From: Obrimoposthia wandeli
Taxonomy: Eukaryota
DNA: 64,000 bases
NCBI GenBank assembly: GCA_977020255.1
Contig: CDROCS010003649.1
Span: 1-64,000 of the forward strand
Direction of reading: 5' to 3'
In this document: positions 42,497-54,487 of the stretch, in pieces
Layout: each line of letters begins with the position of its first letter
How positions within the stretch are numbered: position 1 is the first letter of the stretch
Position numbers and translations under genes: made by a program
Notes under the pieces: model-generated
What the model saw: only the letters and a program-made list of their open reading frames with translations
Told to the model about the DNA's origin: nothing
The model's database searches: none

Positions 42497-42553
42497 TTAA
42501 TTTACTCAAGCGTATCCCTGTATCAATCAAACATTAATACAGGGATACAGAAC

Positions 42554-43696
42554 CTAGATATGTTTACTACGCACCAACACGAATACCGGCACGACAGCAA
42601 TAGCCATAAAGATAAAAATATTTTCCTTTAGCTCAGGATAAAATAATCCCGAAAGAAATGTCAGCAAGGCAATAGCTAAACTAAACGGAATTGCCGCATA
42701 AATGGCTTGTACAGTCATCGTATCTTCATCTGCTACATTCTCGGCAATATAACGCATCGCCGCTAAGTGAGCGATACCAAAAGTCACACCATGTAATAAT
42801 TGCGACAACATAATCACACTCACATCCGTCGCATAACTTAACGTTAACCACCGAACAATACTGCCTAATGCGGCAATAACAAACATAGTGCCCATGCTGG
42901 TATTGGCAAATAATCGTCGGCCAATGGCCAAAAAGAATATCTCACCGACAACACCCACACTCCAAAAGTACCCAATATAGGTTTCACTAATGCCAATATC
43001 CTGCCAATACACAGCACCAAAACCATAATAGGCGGCATGTGCGCCTTGTAGTAATGCCGTAATTAACAAAAATGGCCAAAAGCTTGGGCGACTTAAAATA
43101 GTCATAAAACCGCTACTAGTCTTACTGCTTGTCATCGTATCTTGTGGCATATTACGCGCAGGAGTCACAGTTAATAACAGCAGCCCTGCTAAGCCGATAA
43201 TAATCGCTAATAAGATAACTTGATGATCGAACGACTCCACTAATAACCCCGTCGCCGCACTCGCTAACATGAATCCGATCGAGCCCCATAGGCGCGTCTT
43301 ACCATAATCCATATTATTATAACGAACCAGCTTCGCAGCCATCGCTTCACCAAGTGCCATTAGCGGTGAAAATACAAAGTTAGTTAGCACCACCAATAAA
43401 AAGACTAAATACACATTACTGGTCAAGTAAAATCCAGAAAAGGCAATCATACTGGTTAATGTTAAACGTCTCATCGCCTGCAGTAACGAGACAGTGGTAG
43501 TTAAATTACGGGTTAATAATAACGCGCCAGCTGAACGGGCAACTAACGCAAAAGCCAGCATAGTGCCGATCATCTCTGTCGATGTACCCTCGCCCTTTAA
43601 CCACAATGCCCAAAACGGGAGCAAAACCCCGTAGACACCAAAAAAGCCAATATAATAAAATCCCATCCATACTGTTGATGGCAGTGCAAAGCCCAT
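42554..43696 (-). CDS. MFS transporter, HcaT/MFS_1-like
   Basis: 12 TM; YGKTRLWGSIGF, SQLLHGVTFGIAH. Confidence 0.85.
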   Translation of the reverse strand: MGFALPSTVWMGFYYIGFFGVYGVLLPFWALWLKGEGTSTEMIGTMLAFALVARSAGALLLTRNLTTTVSLLQAMRRLTLTSMIAFSGFYLTSNVYLVFLLVVLTNFVFSPLMALGEAMAAKLVRYNNMDYGKTRLWGSIGFMLASAATGLLVESFDHQVILLAIIIGLAGLLLLTVTPARNMPQDTMTSSKTSSGFMTILSRPSFWPFLLITALLQGAHAAYYGFGAVYWQDIGISETYIGYFWSVGVVGEIFFLAIGRRLFANTSMGTMFVIAALGSIVRWLTLSYATDVSVIMLSQLLHGVTFGIAHLAAMRYIAENVADEDTMTVQAIYAAIPFSLAIALLTFLSGLFYPELKENIFIFMAIAVVPVFVLVRSKHI

Positions 43697-43993
43697 ATTT
43701 AATCCCTAAATAATGAAATATCAGTCCAATAATGAGCGACATTCTACGCCCTTAGTAATAGATAATCGCTATTTATCAATAAAATATTATTATGACCTAG
43801 ACACTGTTTCATCAAAATAAACTGCCGATTAAAGCAAGATCATCACAAAAAACTATCATTAATACTAAAGTCGTATTGCTAGATATTTACGACCATGGCA
43901 TTTTTATTCACAGCAGATGTAAACATAACTTTCGATAAGACATGCTTACATCAAGATGTGGACAAGGAATTAAATATTATTTAAGGAAGAACA

Positions 43994-45940
43994 ATGAGCG
44001 ACACTAAACTATATCCGGTACCTGCAGAATTTGCGCAAAACAGTTTATTAAATGACAGTGCTTATCAAGCTATGTATAAGCACTCAATTAACGATCCGGA
44101 AGCTTTTTGGGGTGAGCAAGGCCACATCGTCGATTGGATCAAACCTTATAGCCAAGTGAAAAGTACCAGCTTCCAACCTGGTAGTGTCGACATTAAATGG
44201 TTCCAAGATGGCCAACTCAATGTCTCAGCCAACTGCCTTGACCGTCACTTAAAAGATAACGCCAACAAAACAGCCATTATTTGGGAAGGCGATAACCCAG
44301 AAGATTCTGAAAAATTAACTTACCAAGACGTTTATGAAAAAGTCTGCCAATTTTCCAATGCATTAAAAGCCCAAGGCATTAAAAAAGGCGATGTAGTTTG
44401 TCTATATATGCCGATGGTACCAGAAGCCGCGATTGCGATGCTTGCTTGTACCCGTATTGGTGCTGTGCACACGATTGTATTTGCCGGTTTCTCTGCTGAA
44501 GCACTGGCCGACCGTATTGATAACTGTGGCGCTAAATTAGTCATTACAGCCGACGAAGGTGTGCGTGCTGGCCGCATTACTCGCTTAAAAGATTGCGTTG
44601 ATACCGCGTTAGCTAAACCCCAAGTGACCACGGTTAACAATGTCATTGTCTTTGCCCGCACTAAAGCAGATGTCGCTTGGCATGAAGGCCGCGATCTGTG
44701 GTGGCATGATGTAGTTAAAGACCAACCGACAGAATGTGCACCTGAAGCAATGAACGCCGAAGATCCATTATTCATCCTTTATACTTCTGGTTCAACTGGT
44801 AAACCTAAAGGTGTATTACACACCACAGGTGGTTACCTCGTTTATGCCACGATGACGTTTAAATATGTTTTTGATCATCAAGACTCTGACGTCTTCTGGT
44901 GTACTGCCGATGTTGGTTGGATCACTGGTCACAGCTATTTAGTTTATGGTCCACTCGCTAACGCAGCGACAACAGTATTATTCGAAGGTGTACCAAATTA
45001 TCCTGATACGGCACGTATGAGCCAAGTGGTAGACAAGCATCAAGTCACCACACTTTATACTGCACCAACTGCCATTCGCGCATTAATGGCGAAAGGTGAC
45101 GATGCAATTAAAGGTACGAAACGTACTTCATTACGCTTAATGGGCTCTGTGGGTGAACCGATTAATCCTGAAGCATGGCAGTGGTATTACAATACTATCG
45201 GTAATGCATCAACACCGATTGTCGATACGTGGTGGCAGACCGAAACAGGTGGCATCTTAATTACGCCATTACCTGGCGCGACCAGCCTAAAACCCGGTTC
45301 AGCTACTCGTCCATTCTTTGGCGTGAGTCCTGCACTGGTTGATAATGAAGGTAATATCCTCGATGGGGAGAATGAAGGTAACTTAGTTATTCTCGATTCT
45401 TGGCCTGGACAAATGCGCGGTATTTACGGTGATGAAAGTCGCTTTGAAGAAGCCTACTTCTCAACGTTCCCGAATATGTACTGTACTGGCGATGGCGCTA
45501 AACGTGATGCCGATGGTTATTATTGGATCACAGGACGTGTTGATGATGTATTGAATGTATCTGGTCACCGTATGGGTACAGCTGAAATTGAAAGCGCACT
45601 GGTTTCTCACAGTAAAATTGCTGAAGCAGCGGTTGTCGGTATACCACATGATATTAAAGGCCAAGGTATTTATGCCTACGTTACTTTGAATGCTGGTGAA
45701 GAACCTGATGAAGCGTTACTAAAAGAAGTGAAGCAATGGGTACGTAGTGAGATTGGCGCAATTGCAACACCAGATACTCTACATTGGACCCAAGCATTAC
45801 CAAAAACTCGTTCAGGTAAGATAATGCGCCGGATTCTGCGTAAAGTTGCTACCGATGACACGGATTCACTAGGCGATACCTCGACACTAGCAGACCCAAG
45901 TGTTGTTGATACCTTAATTGCCGAGAAGCAAGAAGCTTGA
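43994..45940 (+). CDS. acs: Acetyl-CoA synthetase
   Basis: [14 protein letters not shown]-binding motif, [22 protein letters not shown]. Confidence 0.97.
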   Translation: MSDTKLYPVPAEFAQNSLLNDSAYQAMYKHSINDPEAFWGEQGHIVDWIKPYSQVKSTSFQPGSVDIKWFQDGQLNVSANCLDRHLKDNANKTAIIWEGDNPEDSEKLTYQDVYEKVCQFSNALKAQGIKKGDVVCLYMPMVPEAAIAMLACTRIGAVHTIVFAGFSAEALADRIDNCGAKLVITADEGVRAGRITRLKDCVDTALAKPQVTTVNNVIVFARTKADVAWHEGRDLWWHDVVKDQPTECAPEAMNAEDPLFILYTSGSTGKPKGVLHTTGGYLVYATMTFKYVFDHQDSDVFWCTADVGWITGHSYLVYGPLANAATTVLFEGVPNYPDTARMSQVVDKHQVTTLYTAPTAIRALMAKGDDAIKGTKRTSLRLMGSVGEPINPEAWQWYYNTIGNASTPIVDTWWQTETGGILITPLPGATSLKPGSATRPFFGVSPALVDNEGNILDGENEGNLVILDSWPGQMRGIYGDESRFEEAYFSTFPNMYCTGDGAKRDADGYYWITGRVDDVLNVSGHRMGTAEIESALVSHSKIAEAAVVGIPHDIKGQGIYAYVTLNAGEEPDEALLKEVKQWVRSEIGAIATPDTLHWTQALPKTRSGKIMRRILRKVATDDTDSLGDTSTLADPSVVDTLIAEKQEA

Positions 45941-46284
45941 AATAAGCCCCGCGAGTAAGAAGATAGACTCGCGTTTAAATAACCTTTTATCGGTGTAACT
46001 TTTGCCTTAGTTACATCGATTTTTTGGTTTTAAATCCCCGCAACAAATTCACCGACATTCAGCCAATTACGAATGTGCGCTAGGTTTTACTTAGAGTCTA
46101 AACTTTAATAAAATATCAGATAAGACCAGTCAAATGCTGTTATATTCTCCGAAAATCATATAATGTGTAGAGAATTAGCAACAATTGTATTTTATAAACA
46201 TATATAATTGAGGTTTTCAGAAAGGCTGACGATGTAGGCATTATTTACGAAGTTAGTGTCATTTTACCAGACAATGGAAGCAAT

Positions 46285-46743
46285 ATGTCGCACAAATCAA
46301 GAATATTGTTACTCAATGGACCGAATCTAAATCTTTTAGGTAAAAGAGAACCTGAGACTTACGGCTATCAAACACTTAGTGACATTGTAGAACATTTAAC
46401 CGATGTTGCAACTGAGCACGACATTGATTTGCGTCACGAACAATCTAACGCAGAGCACGAGCTCATTGATCATATTCATGCAGCTATGGGGAATACTGAT
46501 TTTATCATTATCAACCCAGCAGCATACACGCATACCAGTGTAGCAATTAGAGATGCATTATTAGGGGTTTCAATCCCATTTATCGAAGTACACCTCTCTA
46601 ATGTACACGCACGAGAACAGTTTCGTCATCATTCCTACCTATCAGATGTCGCTAAAGGCGTTATTTGTGGATTAGGTCCTGACGGTTATGAATTTGCACT
46701 GCTTTCTGCTGTCAAACAGCTCAAGCAAACTAACAACAAATAA
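46285..46743 (+). CDS. aroQ: Type II 3-dehydroquinate dehydratase
   Basis: [44 protein letters not shown]. Confidence 0.96.
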   Translation: MSHKSRILLLNGPNLNLLGKREPETYGYQTLSDIVEHLTDVATEHDIDLRHEQSNAEHELIDHIHAAMGNTDFIIINPAAYTHTSVAIRDALLGVSIPFIEVHLSNVHAREQFRHHSYLSDVAKGVICGLGPDGYEFALLSAVKQLKQTNNK

Positions 46744-46754
46744 AAGAGATCATT

Positions 46755-47204
46755 ATGGACATCCGTAAAATTAAGAAACTGATTGAACTAGTTGAAGAAT
46801 CTGGCATTGCAGAATTAGAAATTTCTGAAGGCGAAGAGTCAGTACGAATCAATCGTTTTAGCAGCACTGCAGCACCGGCACAAGTTCAATATGCACCAGC
46901 ACCAGTTGCTGCAGCACCTATCGCAGCGGCACCAGTTGCTGCTGTTGAAGCTGCACCAGCAGAAGTAGCGGGCCATCAAGTTCGCTCTCCTATGGTTGGC
47001 ACATTCTATAATGCAGTATCTCCAGGCGCTGCACCTTTTGTTGCAATCGGCCAAACAGTTAATGTTGGCGATACGCTATGTATCTTAGAAGCAATGAAAA
47101 TGATGAACCAAATTGAATCAGATAAAGCCGGCGTAGTGAAAGCTATCCTAGCAACAGACGGTCAAGCTATTGAGTTTGATGAACCTCTTTTCATCATTGA
47201 ATAA
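46755..47204 (+). CDS. accB: Biotin carboxyl carrier protein
   Basis: EAMKM biotinylation motif, Ala/Pro linker. Confidence 0.98.
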   Translation: MDIRKIKKLIELVEESGIAELEISEGEESVRINRFSSTAAPAQVQYAPAPVAAAPIAAAPVAAVEAAPAEVAGHQVRSPMVGTFYNAVSPGAAPFVAIGQTVNVGDTLCILEAMKMMNQIESDKAGVVKAILATDGQAIEFDEPLFIIE

Positions 47205-47218
47205 CTACGGAGTTTCCA

Positions 47219-48577
47219 ATGTTGGATAAAGTTGTTATCGCCAATCGCGGCGAAATTGCATTACGTATTCTTCGTGCCTGTAAAGAATTAGGCATTAAGA
47301 CGGTTGCAGTACACTCAACAGCAGATCGTGAATTAAAACACGTATTATTAGCTGATGAGACAGTTTGTATTGGTAAACCAGCTGCTGTAGACAGTTATTT
47401 AAATGTACCTGCAATCTTAAGTGCAGCAGAAATCACGGGCGCGGTTGCCGTTCACCCGGGTTATGGTTTCTTAGCTGAAAACGCTGATTTTGCAGAGCAA
47501 GTTGAACACTCAGGTTTTATTTTCATCGGTCCTAAAGCTGAAACTATTCGTCTAATGGGCGATAAAGTATCAGCGATTGCGGCAATGAAAAAAGCCGGCG
47601 TACCTTGTGTACCTGGTTCTGATGGTCCACTTGATACTGACGCTCAACGTAACAAGAAAATTGCTAAGCGCATCGGTTACCCGATCATTATTAAAGCTGC
47701 CGGTGGCGGTGGTGGTCGTGGTATGCGTGTTGTTCATGAAGAAGCTGACTTGCTTGACTCAATTGCGTTAACACGTAATGAAGCCGGTTCATTCTTTGGT
47801 AATGACATGGTTTACATGGAAAAATTCCTAGAAAACCCACGCCACATCGAAGTACAAGTACTGGCTGATGGTCAAGGTAACGCTATCCACCTTGGCGAAC
47901 GTGATTGTTCACTACAACGTCGTCACCAAAAAGTAGTTGAAGAAGCTCCAGCACCAGGTATCACCGCTGATCTACGTCGCCACATTGGTGAACGTTGTAG
48001 CCGTGCCTGTGTTGATATCAACTATCGTGGTGCTGGTACGTTCGAATTTCTTTATGAAAATGGCGAATTCTATTTCATTGAAATGAATACCCGTATTCAA
48101 GTTGAACACACAATCACAGAAATGGTTACAGGCATTGATTTAATCAAAGCACAACTACGTGTTGCTGCAGGTATGCCATTAACTATTTCTCAAGATGAAG
48201 TGCGCTTAACTGGTCACTCAATTGAGTGCCGTATTAACGCCGAAGATCCAGAGACATTTATTCCAAGTCCTGGTCAGATCAAACGTTTCCATGCCGCAGG
48301 CGGTTTTGGTGTACGTTGGGAATCGCATGTTTATGCGGGTTATAAAGTACCACCACATTACGATTCAATGATCGGTAAGTTAATTACTTACGGTGAAAAT
48401 CGTGACGTAGCAATTTCTAGAATGCGTAACGCATTAAAAGAAATGGTTATTGATGGTATTAAAACCAATATCCCATTACATCTTGAAATCTTAAAAGATG
48501 AAAATTTCCAAAATGGTGGCACTAACATCCATTATTTAGAGAAGAAATTAGCACTTAAAGCTGAAAGTAAAAAATAA
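47219..48577 (+). CDS. accC: Biotin carboxylase
   Basis: [39 protein letters not shown]; terminator 48600-48633. Confidence 0.98.
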   Translation: MLDKVVIANRGEIALRILRACKELGIKTVAVHSTADRELKHVLLADETVCIGKPAAVDSYLNVPAILSAAEITGAVAVHPGYGFLAENADFAEQVEHSGFIFIGPKAETIRLMGDKVSAIAAMKKAGVPCVPGSDGPLDTDAQRNKKIAKRIGYPIIIKAAGGGGGRGMRVVHEEADLLDSIALTRNEAGSFFGNDMVYMEKFLENPRHIEVQVLADGQGNAIHLGERDCSLQRRHQKVVEEAPAPGITADLRRHIGERCSRACVDINYRGAGTFEFLYENGEFYFIEMNTRIQVEHTITEMVTGIDLIKAQLRVAAGMPLTISQDEVRLTGHSIECRINAEDPETFIPSPGQIKRFHAAGGFGVRWESHVYAGYKVPPHYDSMIGKLITYGENRDVAISRMRNALKEMVIDGIKTNIPLHLEILKDENFQNGGTNIHYLEKKLALKAESKK

Positions 48578-49016
48578 TCTAAGCTTTAATGAATACAAGA
48601 AAACCCAAGCGATTTACTCGTCTTGGGTTTTTTATTACCCCCTATTTTGATTACCGACATCGTTATTACAATCATAATTATCTGGTACTACCTGTGAAAT
48701 AAAACTGCTAACTCGCCATATTACCCACTCACAATCCTCACTGCCGACTCAAAATCTGTAAAAAAGAAGACATAAAAAACTTTAAAAAATCTGATGAACG
48801 TAGGCTTAAAGCCATTTCTAACTTTAAATCTTCTTACTTAGATTATTTATCATGATCCTGCAAATAATTTTATCTATAGGCACTTTTTTTACTCCCTGAA
48901 AGAAACGCACTGTGTACAAGTCCTTGTTGCCACTATAAATTTTATTGAAGTTTAATGGCAATGTTAACAATGAGATAGGATATGTCATTGCTTCAATTTT
49001 ATTATAGGGAATCATT

Positions 49017-50669
49017 ATGAAGCTTAAATCGATACTTTCAGCGGCCATTTTTACTGGCTTATGCTCAACAGCTGCTATGGCAGGGACAATCACATCACAG
49101 GACGATAATGTCGTCGTGGGTTACTGGCATAACTGGTGTGATGGTCGTGGCTACCAAGGAGGGAATGCACCTTGTGTTGAACTCGAAGCAGTTAACCCAC
49201 AATACAACGTGGTAAATATTTCATTCATGAAAGTTTATGATACCGCTGAAGGCCGTATTCCAACATTTAAATTAGACCCTACGATTGGCCTTAGTGAAGC
49301 AGAATTTATCGCTCAAATTGAAACCCTTAACAGCCAAGGGCGTAGTGTATTAATCGCACTTGGCGGCGCTGACGCGCATATCGAACTAACACGTGGCGAC
49401 GAAGATGCACTAGCAGCAGAAATTATTAGACTCACCGACCTTTATGGATTTGATGGGCTCGATATTGATTTAGAACAAGCAGCCATCACAGCAAAAGATA
49501 ACCAATTTGTTATTCCTGCAGCATTAAAAATGGTGAAAGATCATTACCGTAAAACCGGTGATAACTTTATGATCACCATGGCACCAGAATTCCCTTACTT
49601 AACCGCTAATGGCGCCTATACACCTTACCTAACAGGACTTGATGGTTATTATGATTTCATCAATCCACAGTTCTATAACCAAGGTGGTGATGGCCTGTGG
49701 ATTGAAGGTATCGGCTGGATAGCACAAAACAATGACGAATTAAAAGAAGAATTTATTTACTACATCGCAGACTCACTGATTAACGGTACGCGTAATTACC
49801 ATAAGATCCCGCATGATAAATTAGTCTTCGGCCTGCCTTCAAGTATCGATGCTGCAGCCACGGGTTACATTAAAGATCCACAAGACTTATACAATGCTTT
49901 TGACCGCTTAAAAGCCCAAGGCCAGCCACTTAGAGGTGTGATGACGTGGTCAGTCAACTGGGATATGGGCACGGACGCGGCGAATAACAGCTACAACCAA
50001 CAGTTCATTAAAGATTATGGCAACTATATCCATAATCAATTACCCCCAGTGACTGATATGACGCCAACTTTATCGGGGATCGTCGATACGCGTGTCGAGC
50101 TCGATAGCAACTTTGACCCATTAGTAGGGATCACAGCCAAAGACTATGAAGGTAACGATATAACAGCCGATGTCATCGTCTCGGGAAGTGTTAATACCAA
50201 TCAAGTCGGTGACTATCTATTAACTTACAGCGTGAGCAGTGATGATGAAACCGCTAAGCAACCTCGTAAGATAACCGTATACGAAATATTGCCTGCTTTT
50301 ACAGGTATAGCTGATACCACCATTGTAATTGGTAGCGAATTTGACCCGATGCAAGGCGTTAGCGCTAACCATCCAACACAAGGTGATCTCACAGCCAATA
50401 TCACAGTAACAGGTGAAGTTGATACTAATGTCGTTGGTGAATACGAGCTAACTTACACCCTACTTTATGGTCAAGACAATCAGCAGAACATGGTCGATAA
50501 GCGTATCGTTACCGTTGTCAGTGATGCAGTAAGTGATGATGATTGGCAAGTAGGTAGTACTTATGTCAAAGATGATAAAGTCACCCATAACGGCGCGACT
50601 TGGACTGCGCAGTGGTGGACGAAAGGTGAAGAACCAGGCACGACTGGCGAATGGGGAGTTTGGCGTTAG
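49017..50669 (+). CDS. GH18 chitinase with two Ig-like domains and a C-terminal chitin-binding module (Chi60-like)
   Basis: Signal peptide, FDGLDIDLE (DxDxE), two Ig-like repeats, WQVGSTYVKDDKVTHNGATWTAQWWTKGEEPG (CBM5/12); matches M. marina Chi60 as recalled. Confidence 0.93.
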   Translation: MKLKSILSAAIFTGLCSTAAMAGTITSQDDNVVVGYWHNWCDGRGYQGGNAPCVELEAVNPQYNVVNISFMKVYDTAEGRIPTFKLDPTIGLSEAEFIAQIETLNSQGRSVLIALGGADAHIELTRGDEDALAAEIIRLTDLYGFDGLDIDLEQAAITAKDNQFVIPAALKMVKDHYRKTGDNFMITMAPEFPYLTANGAYTPYLTGLDGYYDFINPQFYNQGGDGLWIEGIGWIAQNNDELKEEFIYYIADSLINGTRNYHKIPHDKLVFGLPSSIDAAATGYIKDPQDLYNAFDRLKAQGQPLRGVMTWSVNWDMGTDAANNSYNQQFIKDYGNYIHNQLPPVTDMTPTLSGIVDTRVELDSNFDPLVGITAKDYEGNDITADVIVSGSVNTNQVGDYLLTYSVSSDDETAKQPRKITVYEILPAFTGIADTTIVIGSEFDPMQGVSANHPTQGDLTANITVTGEVDTNVVGEYELTYTLLYGQDNQQNMVDKRIVTVVSDAVSDDDWQVGSTYVKDDKVTHNGATWTAQWWTKGEEPGTTGEWGVWR

Positions 50670-50790
50670 TAGAAAATTTTTCTGCACTTTTATTAAGTTA
50701 TTAATAGATATAACGTAGTAAATAAAGCCAGTATTAACCATACGTTAATACTGGCTTTATAACATCACGCAAAAATAAATGAAATAGTCG

Positions 50791-51573
50791 CTAGTTTCGA
50801 ATCTCTTTATCCATAAAGTGCAGCGGAGTCCGTCCCGTTTTTTGGCGGAAAAAACTAATAAAAGCACTATCACTGGAAAAGCCAAGTCGATAAGCAATAT
50901 CAGTCACCCGTAATTGCTTTGATAATAATTCAATAGCACCTAACAACCGCCATTGTTGACGCCAGTTTTGATATGGCATGCCTGTTTCTTTTATAAAAAT
51001 ACGGCTGATAGTTTTACTACTCGCGCCAACCTGTGTACTTAATTGTGCCAAGGTGGGGGCAACAAAATCCTGATCATTAATCTCTAGTACCCATGATTTC
51101 AAACGATAATCACACGGTAGTGGTAAATTTAAATAGCTATCCTTTGCGCTATTAAGTTCTTCAATAAATAGATTTAAGGAATTAATCATTTCATCTTCAG
51201 GCTTATCAAATGACCACATTGCCATTCTTTCAATCAACGCGATAAATAGTGGATTAACATCTAATATTTTCATTTCACGAGACAGCCTAGGCTGTAAACA
51301 TTCACTGAAAAACAGTGATCTATAATGGTTAACATTTGTCATTTGAGCGCGATGTTCGACACCGGCAGGGATCCAAGCCGCACGCATCGGAGGCAGGACA
51401 CATTTCATTCCATCCATGGTGATGACCATACAACCACGCTGAGAAAATAACAATTGATCCCTCGTATGTGTGTGTCTTCCTGAATCATGCCCACCAAAGA
51501 TAGATGCGACACCCACAACTAAGCCTAGATGCTCATCTAAAACAAACGCCGTATCAGCTGAAATATAAGCCAT
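50791..51573 (-). CDS. AraC family transcriptional regulator (cupin plus HTH)
   Basis: HTHTRDQLL cupin start, C-terminal LGFSSDSAFISFFRQKTGRTP. Confidence 0.9.
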   Translation of the reverse strand: MAYISADTAFVLDEHLGLVVGVASIFGGHDSGRHTHTRDQLLFSQRGCMVITMDGMKCVLPPMRAAWIPAGVEHRAQMTNVNHYRSLFFSECLQPRLSREMKILDVNPLFIALIERMAMWSFDKPEDEMINSLNLFIEELNSAKDSYLNLPLPCDYRLKSWVLEINDQDFVAPTLAQLSTQVGASSKTISRIFIKETGMPYQNWRQQWRLLGAIELLSKQLRVTDIAYRLGFSSDSAFISFFRQKTGRTPLHFMDKEIRN

Positions 51574-51714
51574 CGTCCACCCCTTGACCTTAAGTCGATG
51601 TTTAAGGTCTCAATGTTAACATTAAGCCAACCCTATGTATCATACACTTGTCGTTATCGTCACACGTTGTGATTTATGACGGATAAAACCGGTCGAAATA
51701 ATGAATAGAGGCAA

Positions 51715-52896
51715 ATGATGAATCAAGAAATAAAAAAGATCCCGATTCCTTTAGCGGTCATGTTACTGATGTTTCCGCAAATAATTGAAACCATGTATAG
51801 CCCAGCACTGACATCCATTAAAAATCATTTTAACGTATCAGCTACGGCAGCCGCACAAGCGTTATCAATTTTTTTCATTGCTTTTGCTTTCGGGGTCGTT
51901 GTTTGGGGGCGCTTGTGTGACGTGATCGGTCGACGAACCTCAACTTTGGCAGGTTTAGTCGTATTCATCATATCTGCCGTGTTTACGTTAATGGCCCCCA
52001 CTTTTACTCAACTGCTAATCGGTTTTGCCTGTTGTGCTTTTGGGGCCGCTGTCGGATCTATTTGTACTCAAACCATTATTCGCGATGGCTATCACGGTGT
52101 CGAACTTTCTCACGTATTTTCAATCGTAGGTACTTCGATTGGTTTGAGTCCAGTGGTTGGCATGCTAACTGGTAGTTGGCTAACAATACACGGCGGGTAC
52201 ACTTGGGTATTCGCGGCTATGGTTGCACTTGTTGTCGTACTTTTAATATGGTCATTGATACAACTTCCAGAAACTAAAATAGCTCACAACCAGCGTGATA
52301 GTTTAGCTGCTGTGGGCTTAAAAATGACAAAGGATAGCCATATTTGGTATGTGTCAATAATGGTCGCTATTTTTAATATCGCATTATTTTCATATTACAG
52401 TATTGCACCGTTTATGTTTGAAAAGCTTGGCGTGAGCATTGAATTTTTTGGTTATACTGGATTCGTACTGGCCGCAGGTTCCATTGTCGGCTCACTGCTT
52501 AATATGCGCTTAATCCGCCGTCATTTAAGTCATGAGCGGATTATCACTATTGCGACAATATTACTCGTTCTTAGTGGGGCTGGAGTATACCTACTGCAAA
52601 ATTCAGTATGGTTTTTCATCCCGATGATATTGGTTTCTTTGTCGTTTGGATTAGCACTACCTAATCTATTAAGTGGCGCTCTCACTGACTATCGCGCTCA
52701 CTTGGGCAGTGCTGGCGCACTACTTGGCTTGTTTTACTACCTTATGATTGGCTTTGGTCTACATGTAGCAAGTGACTTTGGCAACCTTGCCATCACATTA
52801 CTGGTATGTGGTGTCATTGCATGTATTTTGACAGGCTGTAAATTCATCACGAGTGCAATTAACATAGCTCCGGATCTAAGCGATATCGATTTCTAG
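51715..52896 (+). CDS. MFS drug:H+ antiporter (Bcr/CflA-like)
   Basis: ETMYSPAL, WGRLCDVIGRR, LPET motifs; divergent from AraC. Confidence 0.87.
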   Translation: MMNQEIKKIPIPLAVMLLMFPQIIETMYSPALTSIKNHFNVSATAAAQALSIFFIAFAFGVVVWGRLCDVIGRRTSTLAGLVVFIISAVFTLMAPTFTQLLIGFACCAFGAAVGSICTQTIIRDGYHGVELSHVFSIVGTSIGLSPVVGMLTGSWLTIHGGYTWVFAAMVALVVVLLIWSLIQLPETKIAHNQRDSLAAVGLKMTKDSHIWYVSIMVAIFNIALFSYYSIAPFMFEKLGVSIEFFGYTGFVLAAGSIVGSLLNMRLIRRHLSHERIITIATILLVLSGAGVYLLQNSVWFFIPMILVSLSFGLALPNLLSGALTDYRAHLGSAGALLGLFYYLMIGFGLHVASDFGNLAITLLVCGVIACILTGCKFITSAINIAPDLSDIDF

Positions 52897-52951
52897 TAAA
52901 CCATTTAAAATGTAGCAAGTAACGTATTTGTTACTTGCTATTTTCGCGCTA

Positions 52952-54412
52952 TTATTTATCCGCTTTACCCGCCGCATTAGCAAATTTAGCTAACTGCTTA
53001 TCAAACCAAAACGGCTGCGTTTCATTATCTTCACAGCGCTCTTTACGACGAATGGCATTACGGACCAACATAGTGCCAACCCAACGAATAGGCTCAGGTG
53101 GAAAACCGCCTTTTGGCCCTGTGGTTAAGCCGTTATGACTCCACTTATTATTATGACCTAGTAACATAGAGGATAAGATCTTACCGCCAATCCAAGTCTG
53201 CCCTACACCACTGCCGGAATAACCAAAGCCATAATAAATATTACCGCTTTCTTCAACCTTACCGAAAAATGGCAACCCCGTCGCAGAGCGGTCAGAAGGC
53301 CCTGTCCAAGTCACTGCAAATTCTTCATCCACCAGCGTCGGGAATAATTTATCAAACGATTCACGTAATATTTTTCCATAGCGTGTCGGTTGATTAAAGA
53401 GCGGCCTTACCGCATTAGCGTAAGAGAAATGATTCCCGCCCTTACCTAACATTAATCTGCCATCTGGTGTCGTGCGGTAATAATGCACAAACGTGCGTGA
53501 ATCCAATATCGTTTTACCATCGGTTATGCCCATTTCAGCGAGCTTTTCTGGTATCGGTTTAGTGATTGCCATATCTGACGATACCACCACAATTTTATTT
53601 TTAAACTGCGGAAATTGCTCTAGCATCCAAGCATTTAATGCCATGACAGATTTTGTTGCATAAACAGTCCCTTGTGGGGTATTAATCACAATATTATGCT
53701 TAGCTTCTTTAGTACTTTTTACTGGTTTGAGCGAATGATCATTAATCGCTAACATCGGCGTGTTTTCATAAATACGCACCCCAAGCTGTTCGGCTACGCG
53801 CTTCAAACCTCGGGCTAATTTACCCGGCTGCACACTCGCAGCGACAGGAGAAAAATGTCCTGACTGATGTAATTCAGAGCCAGCATGGCGCTGTAGCTTC
53901 TCTCTTTCCCAGGCCTGCCAACTGTTTAATTCATGCTTATCTAACGCCGCTAATGTCGCGTCTAAACCACCAGCCTGTGCGCTATTGGTGGCAGTAAAGA
54001 GTGTACCGTCACGACGTAATTCGGCATCAATATTATGCTGTAAACAAAAGGCTTCAATTTCATCCACCGCTTGCTCCGACGCTTTGACTAACTCAACGGC
54101 CTGCGCTTCACCGTACAAACGTTTCATCGACAGATATTTCGTCGACCAAGTCAACATACAACCACCATTACGCCCTGATGCCCCACTACCACAGAGACTT
54201 TTCTCTATGATCATCACATCAAGACTCGGCTGCTGTTGCTTGAGCTGAATAGCTGTCCATAATCCGGTATAGCCACCGCCCACAATACACACATCTGCAA
54301 CGGTATCAGCGGTGAGCGTTTGTGGTGACACGTTATTGCGGTAGTCCGATTCGAGATCCATTGCTTGTTGAAACCAAAAAGGTTGAAACTCAGGCTGCTT
54401 AGTCATGATCAC
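52952..54412 (-). CDS. FAD-dependent aminophosphonate oxidoreductase
   Basis: IVGGGYTGLWTA Rossmann, GASGRNGG, WTGPSD, GYSGSGVG; immediately downstream of phnX. Confidence 0.8.
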   Translation of the reverse strand: MIMTKQPEFQPFWFQQAMDLESDYRNNVSPQTLTADTVADVCIVGGGYTGLWTAIQLKQQQPSLDVMIIEKSLCGSGASGRNGGCMLTWSTKYLSMKRLYGEAQAVELVKASEQAVDEIEAFCLQHNIDAELRRDGTLFTATNSAQAGGLDATLAALDKHELNSWQAWEREKLQRHAGSELHQSGHFSPVAASVQPGKLARGLKRVAEQLGVRIYENTPMLAINDHSLKPVKSTKEAKHNIVINTPQGTVYATKSVMALNAWMLEQFPQFKNKIVVVSSDMAITKPIPEKLAEMGITDGKTILDSRTFVHYYRTTPDGRLMLGKGGNHFSYANAVRPLFNQPTRYGKILRESFDKLFPTLVDEEFAVTWTGPSDRSATGLPFFGKVEESGNIYYGFGYSGSGVGQTWIGGKILSSMLLGHNNKWSHNGLTTGPKGGFPPEPIRWVGTMLVRNAIRRKERCEDNETQPFWFDKQLAKFANAAGKADK

Positions 54413-54487
54413 ACTCGCGGTAGTTGTTATTTTAAGTAAAAAAATAGCTAACCATTTGGCTAGCTATTAAGGTTTAAACATTCGTGA

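Noticed and set aside
48824-49093. 89-aa minus-strand ORF
   Set aside because: Antisense to the chitinase signal peptide and its AT-rich promoter region; no supporting features.
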